NCBI RefSeq assembly: GCF_001194135.2
Contig: NC_068981.1
Span: 90,418,521 to 90,477,917, forward strand
From: Octopus bimaculoides
Taxonomy: Eukaryota
Direction: 5' to 3'
DNA length: 59,397 bases
Shown here: one piece after another, positions 48,230 to 59,397 of the stretch
Layout of the letters: every line of letters begins with the position of its first letter
Numbering within the stretch: the stretch's first letter is position 1
Notes under the pieces: generated by a model
Databases searched by the model: none
The model's input: only the letters and a program-made list of their open reading frames with translations
Told to the model about the DNA's origin: nothing
Made by a program: the position numbers and the translations under genes

Positions 48230-50587
48230 TATTATATAAACCAAATACTTCCAAGTTATTCAGCGAATAAATGCACCATTAAAAACTCATAAACCAGAAT
48301 GCGTATTGCACATACTGTTAGTTGTTAACCGCGAATTAACTATATTAATATAAAAACCCCAGAATTAAAACTTCATGGAAGCTTTATTATTGGTATATGA
48401 CCTGAATATTAACAGATACAGACTATAATACATTTCAAATTTTGGGGGAGGTGTAAGTTGATGGCATCTAATCCAATGTTCAACTGGTTCTTATTTTATT
48501 GATCCCTGAAAGGATGAAAGGCAAAGTCAACCTCAGCTGAATTTGAACTAAGAACGTAAAGATGGATGAAGATGAAATGTCGCTAAATATTTTGACTGAT
48601 GTGCTAACGTTTCTGCCAAGTTGCAGCCTTGACTGTATAATATCTTGTCTTCAAATTTTGGCACAAGGCCAGTACTTTCGGGGAAGAGGGTAAGTCGATT
48701 AAGTTGACCTCAGTGGAATTTGAACGGACGAAATGGTGCAAAGCATTTTGCCTGGCCTGCTAACGATTCTGCCTGCTCACTGACCAACACTACAAATATT
48801 GATATGTCCCTGACAGCATAGTTGTGATTAGAAACTTAACCACTAGGCACTCGGTCAGACACCATGGGTAAACTAATGATATGGTTTTCTTGAATGTTCT
48901 TATCCACTACAAAAAAAACGTTTTGGCAATCCATTAATCGTGTTGAAGGCGGCCTACTGACTTGCATCTCCACTCTTGCCATTTAGACGGTTCCGGACAT
49001 TTGTGCAGACTACTTCAGATTCTCGGATAAACCGAATTCACACAATGTCTCATAAGTAACTTCTATGGATGTGGCGCAGTTTTTCTCCGNNNNNNNNNNN
49101 NNNNNNNNNNNNNNNNNNNNNNNNNNNNNNNNNNNNNNNNNNNNNNNNNNNNNNNNNNNNNNNNNNNNNNNNNNNNNNNNNNNNNNNNNNNNNNNNNNNN
49201 NNNNNNNNNNNNNNNNNNNNNNNNNNNNNNNNNNNNNNNNNNNNNNNNNNNNNNNNNNNNNNNNNNNNNNNNNNNNNNNNNNNNNNNNNNNNNNNNNNNN
49301 NNNNNNNNNNNNNNNNNNNNNNNNNNNNNNNNNNNNNNNNNNNNNNNNNNNNNNNNNNNNNNNNNNNNNNNNNNNNNNNNNNNNNNNNNNNNNNNNNNNN
49401 NNNNNNNNNNNNNNNNNNNNNNNNNNNNNNNNNNNNNNNNNNNNNNNNNNNNNNNNNNNNNNNNNNNNNNNNNNNNNNNNNNNNNNNNNNNNNNNNNNNN
49501 NNNNNNNNNNNNNNNNNNNNNNNNNNNNNNNNNNNNNNNNNNNNNNNNNNNNNNNNNNACCGGGTGTCGAAGTGGGGTTACTGGATCGTGTGAATTATCC
49601 GAGTCCGCAATTCACCCACCCCCATCATAAAAATTGAAATAAAAAAGTGTACTAGATGTAAAATAATGTGTAGTAAACGAATACGAAGAAAAAAAATTTC
49701 GACGACGAATGGAGAAGTGGTGAGAGGACTCGGAACATTCCCAATGTGAATTTTCCGAGTCGTCTTCCCCCCTCCCGTTCGCCATATTTGTTTACTACAT
49801 GTTGTTTTACACCTATTGCACTATTTAAAAAATTTTTTTTTGCTCGGGTCAAACACTGGAGTTTAACCTAATCTTGTTCATTGTAATTCACCAACACTAA
49901 ATACCATTATGCCTGACAATATATACTACAGTTAAACATTCGCGAGTGTGCTTCAGTTATACTACACACAACTTTCCTCCAACAAAAAAGGCCCTGCAAC
50001 GAGACATTCTACTACAACTGGAGCCAAAAGCAAACATACCTCGCGACAACAATATTCCAGAAGTGACAATTAAACAGATTTTTAATCTAGCAATGACAAT
50101 TTATCAGCTACGATATTCTTGTGATCCCTAAAACTAATCATAAAACGCCACTATATGTAATTTTTTAGTTTGTTAACATTGTCAAACAGTGTAAATGATA
50201 AAGAAGTAAAACTGTTTGGAATATCTTGAAATTAAATGATTTGAATATTCGAGGTATATATTTGTTGTTGTTAGGAGATTTAATAGCTTTACGAAGTAAT
50301 AGTCCACCACACAAAAATGTATTTACGTATGTGTAAGTAAAAGAGTCATAATCATAAGACCAAATGTTAGCATATAATAGCCTATTCAAAAGTGTTGCAA
50401 AAACTAGAAATACCAGTTTTCAATAGAAGTCACTTAATTGGTGGTATATTCAAATAGAGAGTAATAAAAGATTGAGGGTCGTTTCAACATGGATTTATAC
50501 TGGATCAAGATAGGATAGACTACGCATCAAATTCCTCTTTTAAAAAGCATACTTCTCTAAAGTTGAATAAAAAATATGTAATGTAAC

Positions 50588-50917
50588 TGTGGTGTAAAGG
50601 AAGAAAAATGACAGAAGCGAAGAGAGAATTACGGTAGTCTTACCTGTCGGTCGGGAGAAAGGGTCACTTTCAACATCCACGTGCTGTCACGATCTCCAAG
50701 GTTCACTCCACGTCCATATGCGCTATCCGATGCTCTATCTTCTCGCATGTCCGCTCTGATGTGCTTTTCGCCGCTGACTGACCTTCGTGCTTCACTGAAT
50801 GCCGCATGTCCACCGCGGTACTTCCAGTGGGATCCACAGGCCCCACTTCCGACAGGACATGCCTATTCCCTTACTTCCGATCCTTCCCTGCAACACAACC
50901 TGGCTAATAACACCACA
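50588..50917 (-). mobile_element. 3' LTR (330 bp) of a Gypsy element
   Basis: Bounded by the 8-bp inverted repeat TGTGGTGT/ACACCACA; purine-rich AGGGGGGCG (PPT-like) immediately precedes it on the minus strand. Confidence 0.85.
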
Positions 50918-50985
50918 CGCCCCCCTGATCTGAAGATCATTCAACCAACCTGCCCACGCCCTCTTCTCAACTCTGACCACACACC

Positions 50986-52260
50986 TTAACTTGTCTCGTA
51001 ATCAGCCAACCAGCGAAGAAGGCACCGTTCTCTCTGTGACCGCCGTGGGACTTCAGGACTGGTCTCAGTTCTTGGCATGTTCCTGCCGGTTTCGTCCTTT
51101 TGTCCATTACTATTGGCCCTATCCTCCATCGCAGTGATGACCCTGCGCACATCCAAAACATATCGCGGCGTGCCATCTACGGATACGTTGTTCCTCGAAT
51201 TCACAGAGGTTATTGTACCCTTTTCCCACTGTGATGTGCACCGCGCATTTGGGGGCTTAACCCAGACTTCTCCGACCTGCTCCTTCTCTTCTGCGGGACG
51301 CGGCGATGCAGTACATGGATACCTCCACTCGTACTTGAATATTGCTCTGTGTGGCACTGACTCCTCAGCCTGTCCCGTCCTGGACGACATATTATACCAA
51401 AAAACGGCCTCGACCGGTGAGATGTGGCCCCTTTCTGCTATGGTCTTGATGGAACGATGATGCCTCTCCACAACCCCATTGCCACTTGGCTGGTATGCCA
51501 TCCTGAAGAAACGACTGACATGCCACCTGTCGAGCATTTCCCCCAGCACCTCCGAGCGAAACGCAGTGCCATTGTCCACAAGCAGCTCATCCACTTGGCC
51601 TCGTTCTAGGAATACCTCATTCNNNNNNNNNNGCAGCTCATCCACTTGGCCTCGTTCTAGGAATACCTCATTCAGTATTCTTGTGATTTCCTCCTCGGTC
51701 CCCGTCTTCATCTCCCTCTATATGGCCAACCACCCCGGTCCGCAGTCGACCATCGAGAGGTATGTTCCCTGCCGGTCATGCATCACGTCCACTGCCAGTT
51801 GTTTCCAGCTGAGTTCCATTGGAGTGCTTCCTGCCTCATGCACACTCGGAGCGGGGTCAATGAACTGGTACCTGTCGCAGCTCCCAACTACTCTTTGCAC
51901 ACTCTGCCTGGCCACACCAGTCAACTTTCCTGGCTAGGAACAGGGTCCTGTCCACCCCCATGTGATGCATGGTATGCAATCTCCTCAGCTCCGAATCATT
52001 CAGTCGACACACCGCAGCCACTCCTTGCTCCAGATCCTCTGGCACCTGCAACCAGGCTTTCTTTACTCTGGTCAGGACGTTGATGTGGTTGCAGTCGTCC
52101 TTCTTCCTAAGCCAGGCCGCATCCTCCACCACGACACCTCTCGTCGTTATTCTGCTGGCATCACACCACATGAACCCCTTCTTCAATTTGGGCACATACC
52201 AGTTCCCTCTTACTGGGTCCTCCGCAGTCACCCTCTCCAAGACTTCTTGCATCATGGCGG
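50986..52260 (-). mobile_element. Ty3/Gypsy pol remnant (RNase H fragment, HHCC region, DD35E integrase)
   Basis: WCDAS..VVEDAAWLRKKDD..NHINV; HHMGVDRT..C; LAVDV..VDNG-(35 aa)-E (VVERHH); frameshifts and internal deletions. Confidence 0.9.
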
Positions 52261-52329
52261 TTGTCTAAACTTAGCTAGTTACTAAATCTAAGAGACTCAG
52301 AACAAATGGTTCACTTGAGGGTGCACCAC

Positions 52330-53595
52330 CATCTGTTATTAATGATGGCGCCACATAATGCCCTCTGTACCAGGTACTGTACTTACCCAGGTACTGTACT
52401 TACCTGTACGTCCAAGTTTTTTTTTCTGAATAATGCCACCACGCCCTCGCCTCCCCGTCAACTAGGAGAAATAAATTTCTTATGGCCATTTCGAAGAGGT
52501 GATAACGCCTGTGGCCCGTTCAACTTGGACTCAGTCACTACACATATGTCAATTTCTAGTTAACTGAGGTCGTCCAGGAGACAAGTTTGCTTCCATTTCG
52601 ACTCCAGGCCACGAACATTTATACAACATAACTTAATCTCCATGAGAAAAATAAACTTACATTTTAAGTTTGGGGAGGGATTGCACGAATTCGCCAACCT
52701 CCCCAACCTTTTCTTTCTGAGGTGTAGCTGCTGGTGTAGCCGCTGGGCAAAGCACAAGTCCTTTGTTGGCCATTTTTTGGCTAACATCTTGTATGTCCTG
52801 CGAGTATTTCATTTTAAATTGTTTGAATAGGTCTGCTTCTATCCTTGCCAACTGTATATTTGGTGGCATACTTTGTATTGGTTGAAGAATATACGATTTA
52901 TGATGCGCAGTTAATATTCTCGCTAGAAACTCATTTTTCTCATTGTAATTCACAATCCTTTCTCCTGGTGCTTTTTTAGGGATGGGGTTGGTGTCGGGTT
53001 TCGACTTGGGGGTGGATTGGGGAGTTTTTCTCTGTGTGTTTGCGTTTTATGTAGATGTTTTCTTTGTCAGGGGAGGGGAATCTGGGGCATGGGTGTTTTC
53101 TTTTATGTGAAGTCACTGTGGTAAATTCCATTTCCTCTTCGGCTTCCATCTGTTGTGTGTTTTCTACGTTTTGCTTATTCCTTTCTTCCGCTTTTTCTGT
53201 GACGCTTTCCGTCGCTTTATTACTACTTTCCTTTTGGGGAGGGACTTCAGCCTTTTTCTGTTGTTTTTTTTTCGCAGTCCGAGCGGACGTGCCTTTTTCT
53301 CCGCATTTAATATATCTGGGTCTACGTCCCTCGACTGATATTCTATCGCTCAGGCCCTCCTCTATAAAAATGCGGTCTGGCCTCGATTCAAACAAGTCAT
53401 TTGAGGCTTGAATCACCATCTCAAGTGTTTGACCTTTCCAGTTTAGAGCCTCTCTGTTTTTCATCCGGAGTATTGTTATCTCCTCCTCTGCGTCGTAAAT
53501 TACGGCCGCTGCCATCCCTGTTACGTCGTAACCAGCTGGTATTTCCTCTATAGTTATTTTTGTTGTTCTCCTGCCTAGGTAGGTCAGGAGCAAAA
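52330..53595 (-). mobile_element. 5' part of a degraded L1/Tx1-clade LINE (ORF1 plus start of ORF2 APE endonuclease)
   Basis: ORF1 TYLGRRTTKITI..VEGRRP.(degenerate Zn knuckle); ORF2 start MEIKLCCINVRGL..LLDDLS*LEIDICVVTESKL; in-frame stops. Confidence 0.75.
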
Positions 53596-53981
53596 TTATT
53601 ACTTCCGCCAAGGAAGGAGGTTATGTTTTCATCGGCGTTGGTTTGTCCATCTGTCCGTCTATGTGCAAAATAACTCAAAAAGTTGTAAACGGTATTTGAT
53701 GAAACTTGCAGGAAAAGTTGGTAATGACACAAGGAACAGATGATGAAATTTCGGTAGTGATCTGGGAATCTTTATAGATTCTTGAAGGATTTTTCATTTG
53801 TTATGTTTACTTTACATGAAGTATTACAATGTTACGTTCTTTGATTATCTCCCTTGAAAACACGTTCATCGTTTCCACATAACCTATGGTGGCGTTGCTG
53901 TTTCCAAAGTTTATTTTCGTTTCACTATTAGTAATTTTACTCGCGTATCTATTTAAAATGAGCTGCTTGGCGGAGGTCTGC
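53596..53981 (+). mobile_element. Helentron-associated non-autonomous element (HINE/DINE-like)
   Basis: 5' ttattacttccgccaagg..gaggttatgttttc and 3' subterminal inverted cttggcggagg; 3' hairpin end missing. Confidence 0.8.
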
Positions 53982-54375
53982 AGAGGATGACATGACGAGC
54001 CTTGACTGTCGGGATCGACTCAAAAAAGCTCAGGCTTTGCTCCCTCCACCACCGCTGTGAGCTCTATATCATCTGTATGTTGTGGTAAATATTCCATCAA
54101 CATTACCCATCTTTAAAGTTCGTCCGAGGCTTGGCCCCCGTGCCATCCGTCCACTACAGAAATGTTCGTGTCGTATCACAACACTATAACAGAACTATTT
54201 CACCTCAATTGGTCCTGCTCTCTTCAACATCATGCCAGACACACATAAAGGAGGAAAGTAACTTCAAGGCATTCAAACGATCCCTTGATGATTACCCCCA
54301 ACAAATACCAGATAAACCACCCACATATGTCTCTGAAAACAATAACCCTCTGCTTGAATGGGCTACGGTTCCCTA
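53982..54375 (+). mobile_element. 3' fragment of a CR1/L2-group LINE
   Basis: LDCRDRLKK.RLCSLHHRCELYII..PRLG..IGPALFNIMP..FKAFKRSLDDY..IPDKP..NNPLLEW, typical RT C-terminus. Confidence 0.72.
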
Positions 54376-56113
54376 GAGCTGACTGTGTATCTCTTCCATG
54401 TGGTTCTATTAAATTAGACATGGACTGAGTCAACTTCGGCCGAAACTTATCTAAGTAATCTAATCTATGCTGTAACCTTTTAATCAAAGCATGGCAACGT
54501 AGGTAGAGGCTGATATCTTAACATTTCTGATGGTCTTAAGTATAAAAAAAATTGTTAAAGATTTATAGGAAAGTTGGTAGTCCAGTGGGTTATACATCTT
54601 TAGATTGTATACCTGACTTTCTACTATAAAATTAAAGAAATAGACGGAACGCTGAACTCCAGACTAAACAACTTAAACAACTTTTATTTAGGTGGTAAAA
54701 CATACATATCTTTAGTTATACATCTTTAGAGGTGAGAATAACGATCTGTCGAGTATAAGACCGAAAGATGTAGAGACAGCTTTAAACACACGTCCAGGCT
54801 CAATCGCTGGCCAGCGAGAAAGAGAATGAATTGAGCGGGAAACGCTTGCTTGTTTAATTCTACGCATGCGCAGGCGTTACAACAGAGCTCCCTCGCCAGG
54901 ATAGCCACTGAAAAACCACCCACAAGATGTGGTACAAACACACACAAAGAAAATTCAAAGAAATGAAATGTACACTTGTGAAATACATGCATGCAACGTA
55001 TAAATGAAATGACAATGACAAAACAACCATNNNNNNNNNNNNNNNNNNNNNNNNNNNNNNNNNNNNNNNNNNNNNNNNNNNNNNNNNNNNNNNNNNNNNN
55101 NNNNNNNNNNNNNNNNNNNNNNNNNNNNNNNNNNNNNNNNNNNNNNNNNNNNNNNNNNNNNNNNNNNNNNNNNNNNNNNNNNNNNNNNNNNNNNNNNNNN
55201 NNNNNNNNNNNNNNNNNNNNNNNNNNNNNNNNNNNNNNNNNNNNNNNNNNNNNNNNNNNNNNNNNNNNNNNNNNNNNNNNNNNNNNNNNNNNNNNNNNNN
55301 NNNNNNNNNNNNNNNNNNNNNNNNNNNNNNNNNNNNNNNNNNNNNNNNNNNNNNNNNNNNNNNNNNNNNNNNNNNNNNNNNNNNNNNNNNNNNNNNNNNN
55401 NNNNNNNNNNNNNNNNNNNNNNNNNNNNNNNNNNNNNNNNNNNNNNNNNNNNNNNNNNNNNNNNNNNNNNNNNNNNNNNNNNNNNNNNNNNNNNNNNNNN
55501 NNNNNNNNNNNNNNNNNNNNNNNNNNNNNNNNNNNNNNNNNNNNNNNNNNNNNNNNNNNNNNNNNNNNNNNNNNNNNNNNNNNNNNNNNNNNNNNNNNNN
55601 NNNNNNNNNNNNNNNNNNNNNNNNNNNNNNNNNNNNNNNNNNNNNNNNNNNNNNNNNNNNNNNNNNNNNNNNNNNNNNNNNNNNNNNNNNNNNNNNNNNN
55701 NNNNNNNNNNNNNNNNNNNNNNNNNNNNNNNNNNNNNNNNNNNNNNNNNNNNGAGAAAGAGAATGAATTGAGCGGGAAACGCTTGCTTGTTTAATTCTAC
55801 GCATGCGTAAGACTACGCATGCGCAGGCGTTACTACAGATTTATATAGAACTACATTCAGAGTATGTCTATAAGCTATTGTGTTTAGACCTGGTTTCTAT
55901 CCTCAAACTGTTCCGTTTTGTAGATGCAATTTTTTTTTTAATAAAGCACTCCGAAATTAGAAAAATCAAAAATCTGCAACAGTCTCGGTCCCATGAGTAT
56001 CGGATAATGGATTTTCAACTGTGTATAGAAACTGATTGTGGTGATCGTAGTTTTGACGGTGACTGTGGTGAAAGCAGAGACAGTGTTGATGACAATGGTC
56101 GAGATAAGTATTG

Positions 56114-56233
56114 AAGGAGGTTATGTTTTTGCCGGCGTTGGTTTGGGAAATTGGGCGATTTTCAGCATGCGTGTATATGGGTGGAAATGAGCTGCTTGGC
56201 GGAGGTCTGCGCTCTCCAAGTGCTTTTCTAGTT
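56114..56233 (+). mobile_element. Second, internally deleted HINE copy with intact 3' end
   Basis: aggaggttatgtttt..gctgcttggcggaggtctgcgctctccaagtgcttttctagtt. Confidence 0.78.
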
Positions 56234-57550
56234 TATTAATGTTTTAGAGTAGTAGTAGATATTTCCTTTGCTGTTTCAGCGTTCTCGAATTGCGCCTCAA
56301 CAGTGGCGCTTCTTGCTCCTTGACCGACATAGGTAATTTTTCCCCAAATGGGGGCGAGGCACTGGACGCTGGTCCGTCGCCGGATTATTCACTTCTGCCA
56401 GCTGAGAGGACTGGAACAACGTGAAATAAACTGTTTTGATCAAAACACGATGCATCACCCAGTCCCAGAATCGAAAGCACAATCTTACGATAATGAGTGC
56501 AAGACCCTAAACACTACACCACGCATCTCCACACCAAGCTATCCAGTGAACTTAAGTGAGCGTTCTTTTAATGAGAAAGTACAACATATTCCGAAGAATG
56601 CAACTTTTTTGTTCCATCCAATGAATGAAGGTGTGATAACTATGAGAACTTATGAAAGCAATTCAGAGGAAGGATAAACCTACACTTAGAGACTTCTGGG
56701 ATTATTGGGGCACTGGGATATGTAACACGCTGCCTAAATACCAATCTTGAGAAAATGGGCTTCTCAAAACCAAAAGGAGAAAGCTGATTCGAAAGCTGAT
56801 ATATAAATCTACACATATACATACATACAAAAATACCCTTCTGATATTGAAATTCCAATGAAAGAGCTTTGGATCTAGATTAGAAGCCAGCTCTTTCTCT
56901 ATTGGCAAGAAATCTTGAAGGAAAACTGAATAATGACATACGTACATATGTATCTACGAACGTCGTTATATGTACACACACACACACACACACACGACAG
57001 TCATTGCGTACATTAAACCAAACATAATCGCACAAAAGGGCATTCAACTGCTGCAATAAAGAATAACAATTTTCTATAGAAGTAATTTCATTGGTGATAG
57101 AAATATAAAGAGACAGCAATAATAACCCGAGGGACGACTCAGCATTAGTCTTAACTGGATCAAGATAAAATAAGGTAAGCAACAAAGTCTTGTCTTAAAA
57201 AAACACTTCTAAACTTGCAACAGAAAACATTATCTAATTAAGATTTTGTTCTTGTGCTGGTGGTTATTAAATTCCAGCTCCATCTTTATCTAACAAAGTT
57301 ATGATACAAGACGTTTCATCCATTATCATTTTTTACGTCTTTTATTTCAAAGACATCGTAGCCATGATCACAATATTAAATGTCTTTTATCTGTTGTTGT
57401 TGTTGCTACTGCTGCTTCTGTTTAACTTGAAATCTACCCTGACTAAGCAAAATTAGGATAAAATGCGCTCCAACCGTAACTATCACGTCATTTATTTAGA
57501 TAGTGTGTCTAGAATCATATTATCCAAAGAATCCACCATAGCGGAATTCT

Positions 57551-58034
57551 GGTTTAAGCATCCCATATAACCCATCATAACCTTTTAATTTTAGGGAATT
57601 TTCGGAAAATTTTTGCGAATTTGTGTTCCACACACAGGAATTAGTACGATTATGAAAAAAAAGAAGTTTTTAAGCCTATTCCTACCATAAATCTTAAAAT
57701 TTCTATTCATTCGATTTGAAAAAAAAAAATCAGTGTTTAAAATACAGACAGTTTGAATTTTCTTGCTTAGATCCCAACGATAGAGCACTCTTGGGTGCAT
57801 CATCATTCTATTAAATGTGTTTATAAGAAAAATATTGAAAAATATTAATATATGTCAAAGTGACAAAGAAACAAGGAAAGTATCAGGTGGTCGTGGGATG
57901 TGCAAAAAAACAACAGCTAAATCGCCCTTAAATCACACACATGAATTCACGTGTGTAGAATTTAAATTTGCAAAATTTTCTGAAAACTTTAAAAAAGAAA
58001 AAAGTTATGCAGGGTTATATAGGGTGCTTAAACC
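57551..58034. repeat. ~23-30-bp inverted repeats enclosing ~440 bp (MITE-like)
   Basis: ggtttaagcatcccatataaccc (57551-57573) vs gggttatatagggtgcttaaacc (58012-58034), 21/23 complementary. Confidence 0.6.
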
Positions 58035-59397
58035 CGAATTACCCCTTCAGCATAATTACAGAATTGTGCTTCATCGCAAGTTTGTTTCCTCAAATCTTTT
58101 TGAAAAATAGTTTGTTTTATTTTTAATGAAAGCTTCAACAAAAATCTCTCTGATGATGTAGATTACAACCATTTTGGAATTTAATGTAGAAAAAATTGGG
58201 GTTGGGCAGATATTTTATGCACCTCTGTTTCCTCATACGTTTTGATGATGTACATTATAATTACATTGAGGAAAAAAAAATACTTTTGAGAAATATACCA
58301 TCGTTTGTCATCTAGAACTTCTTAAAGTAATATTTTTTAAAAATAACTTACCAAGCAGCCATACCAATAAATTTGCTTCTCATATATTTTCTTTTTTAAT
58401 GATGCTGGCAATTTTCATTTCATTAAAAGATATATATACTATATTATATATTCTATTTGAATATGTATATTCATATATGAATATGAATATGTAAATGGAT
58501 TTTTAATTTTTTTTTTAATTGTTATTTGTCACACCAACTCACAGCTCTTGTTTCACACATACGTGTATATATTTATCCGTCGAAACTACTCTGCTACTGC
58601 CTCCATCTTCCCCATCTCCTCCTCAATGATTCTTTCCCTCTCATCGTATGTGTGGCATTCTATTACTATTTGCCAGCAAACACTCATGCTGCAACTTTTG
58701 TGTTAACTCTTTCTGTATCTCTCTATTACTTTTTTTACTCTTATCACTATATGCTGTGAACTCTGACTGGAAAAGAATTAATCAACCAACCAGCCAACCA
58801 ATGTTTATATATATTGGCTATAACACATACATACATGCATACATACATACATATATTGCAAAGATAATCTGGAACTCGACTGAGGAAAGAAAACTCCAAA
58901 TGATCCGTCCTTGTTTTCTTCGTATCGTCAATCTGGATGTTTTGTTGTCCCCCTTTTTTGTATCACCTAACTGTCTGGATGTTTTGCGTCTTTGTCCCCT
59001 TTTGTATTTTATATATATANNNNNNNNNNGTAATGAAAGACCACAACCGTATTAGATGAATAACAGAGATATTTACTGTAGCGTTAAAGATGTATGTTTG
59101 TGTGTGAGTGTGAATGCGACATTAATCAAAGACAGGCCGTCATACAAAGAAAAGTGTGTATGTGAGTGATACATGTGTGTGAGTTATTACAGCAGATGGA
59201 AAGAGAGTCAATAACACGTGAGCAATTATACCAGTTCTTTAGTACACTATAGGAAAAGTTCTGTATGTGAAAGTGAGGAGGCTGAGTGTGGCAGAGCTGA
59301 TCACTAGTTGTGATGTCGTGACATCGATGCCGGGCCGTGATTCTTGTTATACAGATGTTCGTCGTTCGTCGTTTGGCAGAGCTTATCACTAGTTGTG

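Noticed and set aside
49020-49620. Weak inverted similarity (ctcggataa..aattcacac) flanking a gap
   Set aside because: Short, imperfect and interrupted by Ns; termini and TSD not definable.
51585-51673. Duplicated ~41-bp integrase segment either side of a 10-N gap
   Set aside because: Typical contig-overlap artefact rather than a real duplication.
54819-55835. Repeated gagaaagagaatgaattgagcgggaaacgc.. block on both sides of a gap
   Set aside because: Cannot separate a tandem repeat from a mis-join without gap sequence.
57080-57174. Exon-like segment with aag|gtaagc donor
   Set aside because: All three frames closed; no evidence beyond splice-like words.
1-59397. CRISPR array, rRNA or true tRNA genes
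   Set aside because: None seen; tRNA-like A/B boxes belong to SINE heads, and the repeats lack repeat-spacer array structure.

Overview
Eukaryotic (intron-rich, AT-rich, gapped draft) DNA. The SINE/RTE repeat content suggests a cephalopod such as Octopus; this is inference, not a database match. The main content is one + strand gene, anillin (ANLN). I reconstructed it by hand from ATG 8594 to TAG 44038 using 17 phase-consistent GT-AG exons, plus a probable 7-nt microexon and probably one exon hidden in the 36458-36900 gap. It encodes the conserved N-terminus, an actin-binding region, the anillin-homology (RBD/C2) region and a C-terminal PH domain. Introns and flanks are packed with tRNA-derived SINEs, RTE tails, hAT/piggyBac/mariner MITEs, Helitron/Helentron elements, a CRE-like LINE relic upstream and a Gypsy + Tx1/L1 + HINE + CR1-like pile-up downstream. 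Best leads: (1) a two-exon, in-frame alternative ~200-aa N-terminus inside intron 1; (2) a CDE/CHR (DREAM-type) element with an adjacent Myb-like site in the promoter; (3) the microexon; (4) a ~125-nt intronic hairpin; (5) a CpG-decay footprint of gene-body methylation; (6) a 91-bp minimal Helitron. No prokaryote-type system (CRISPR etc.) is present.
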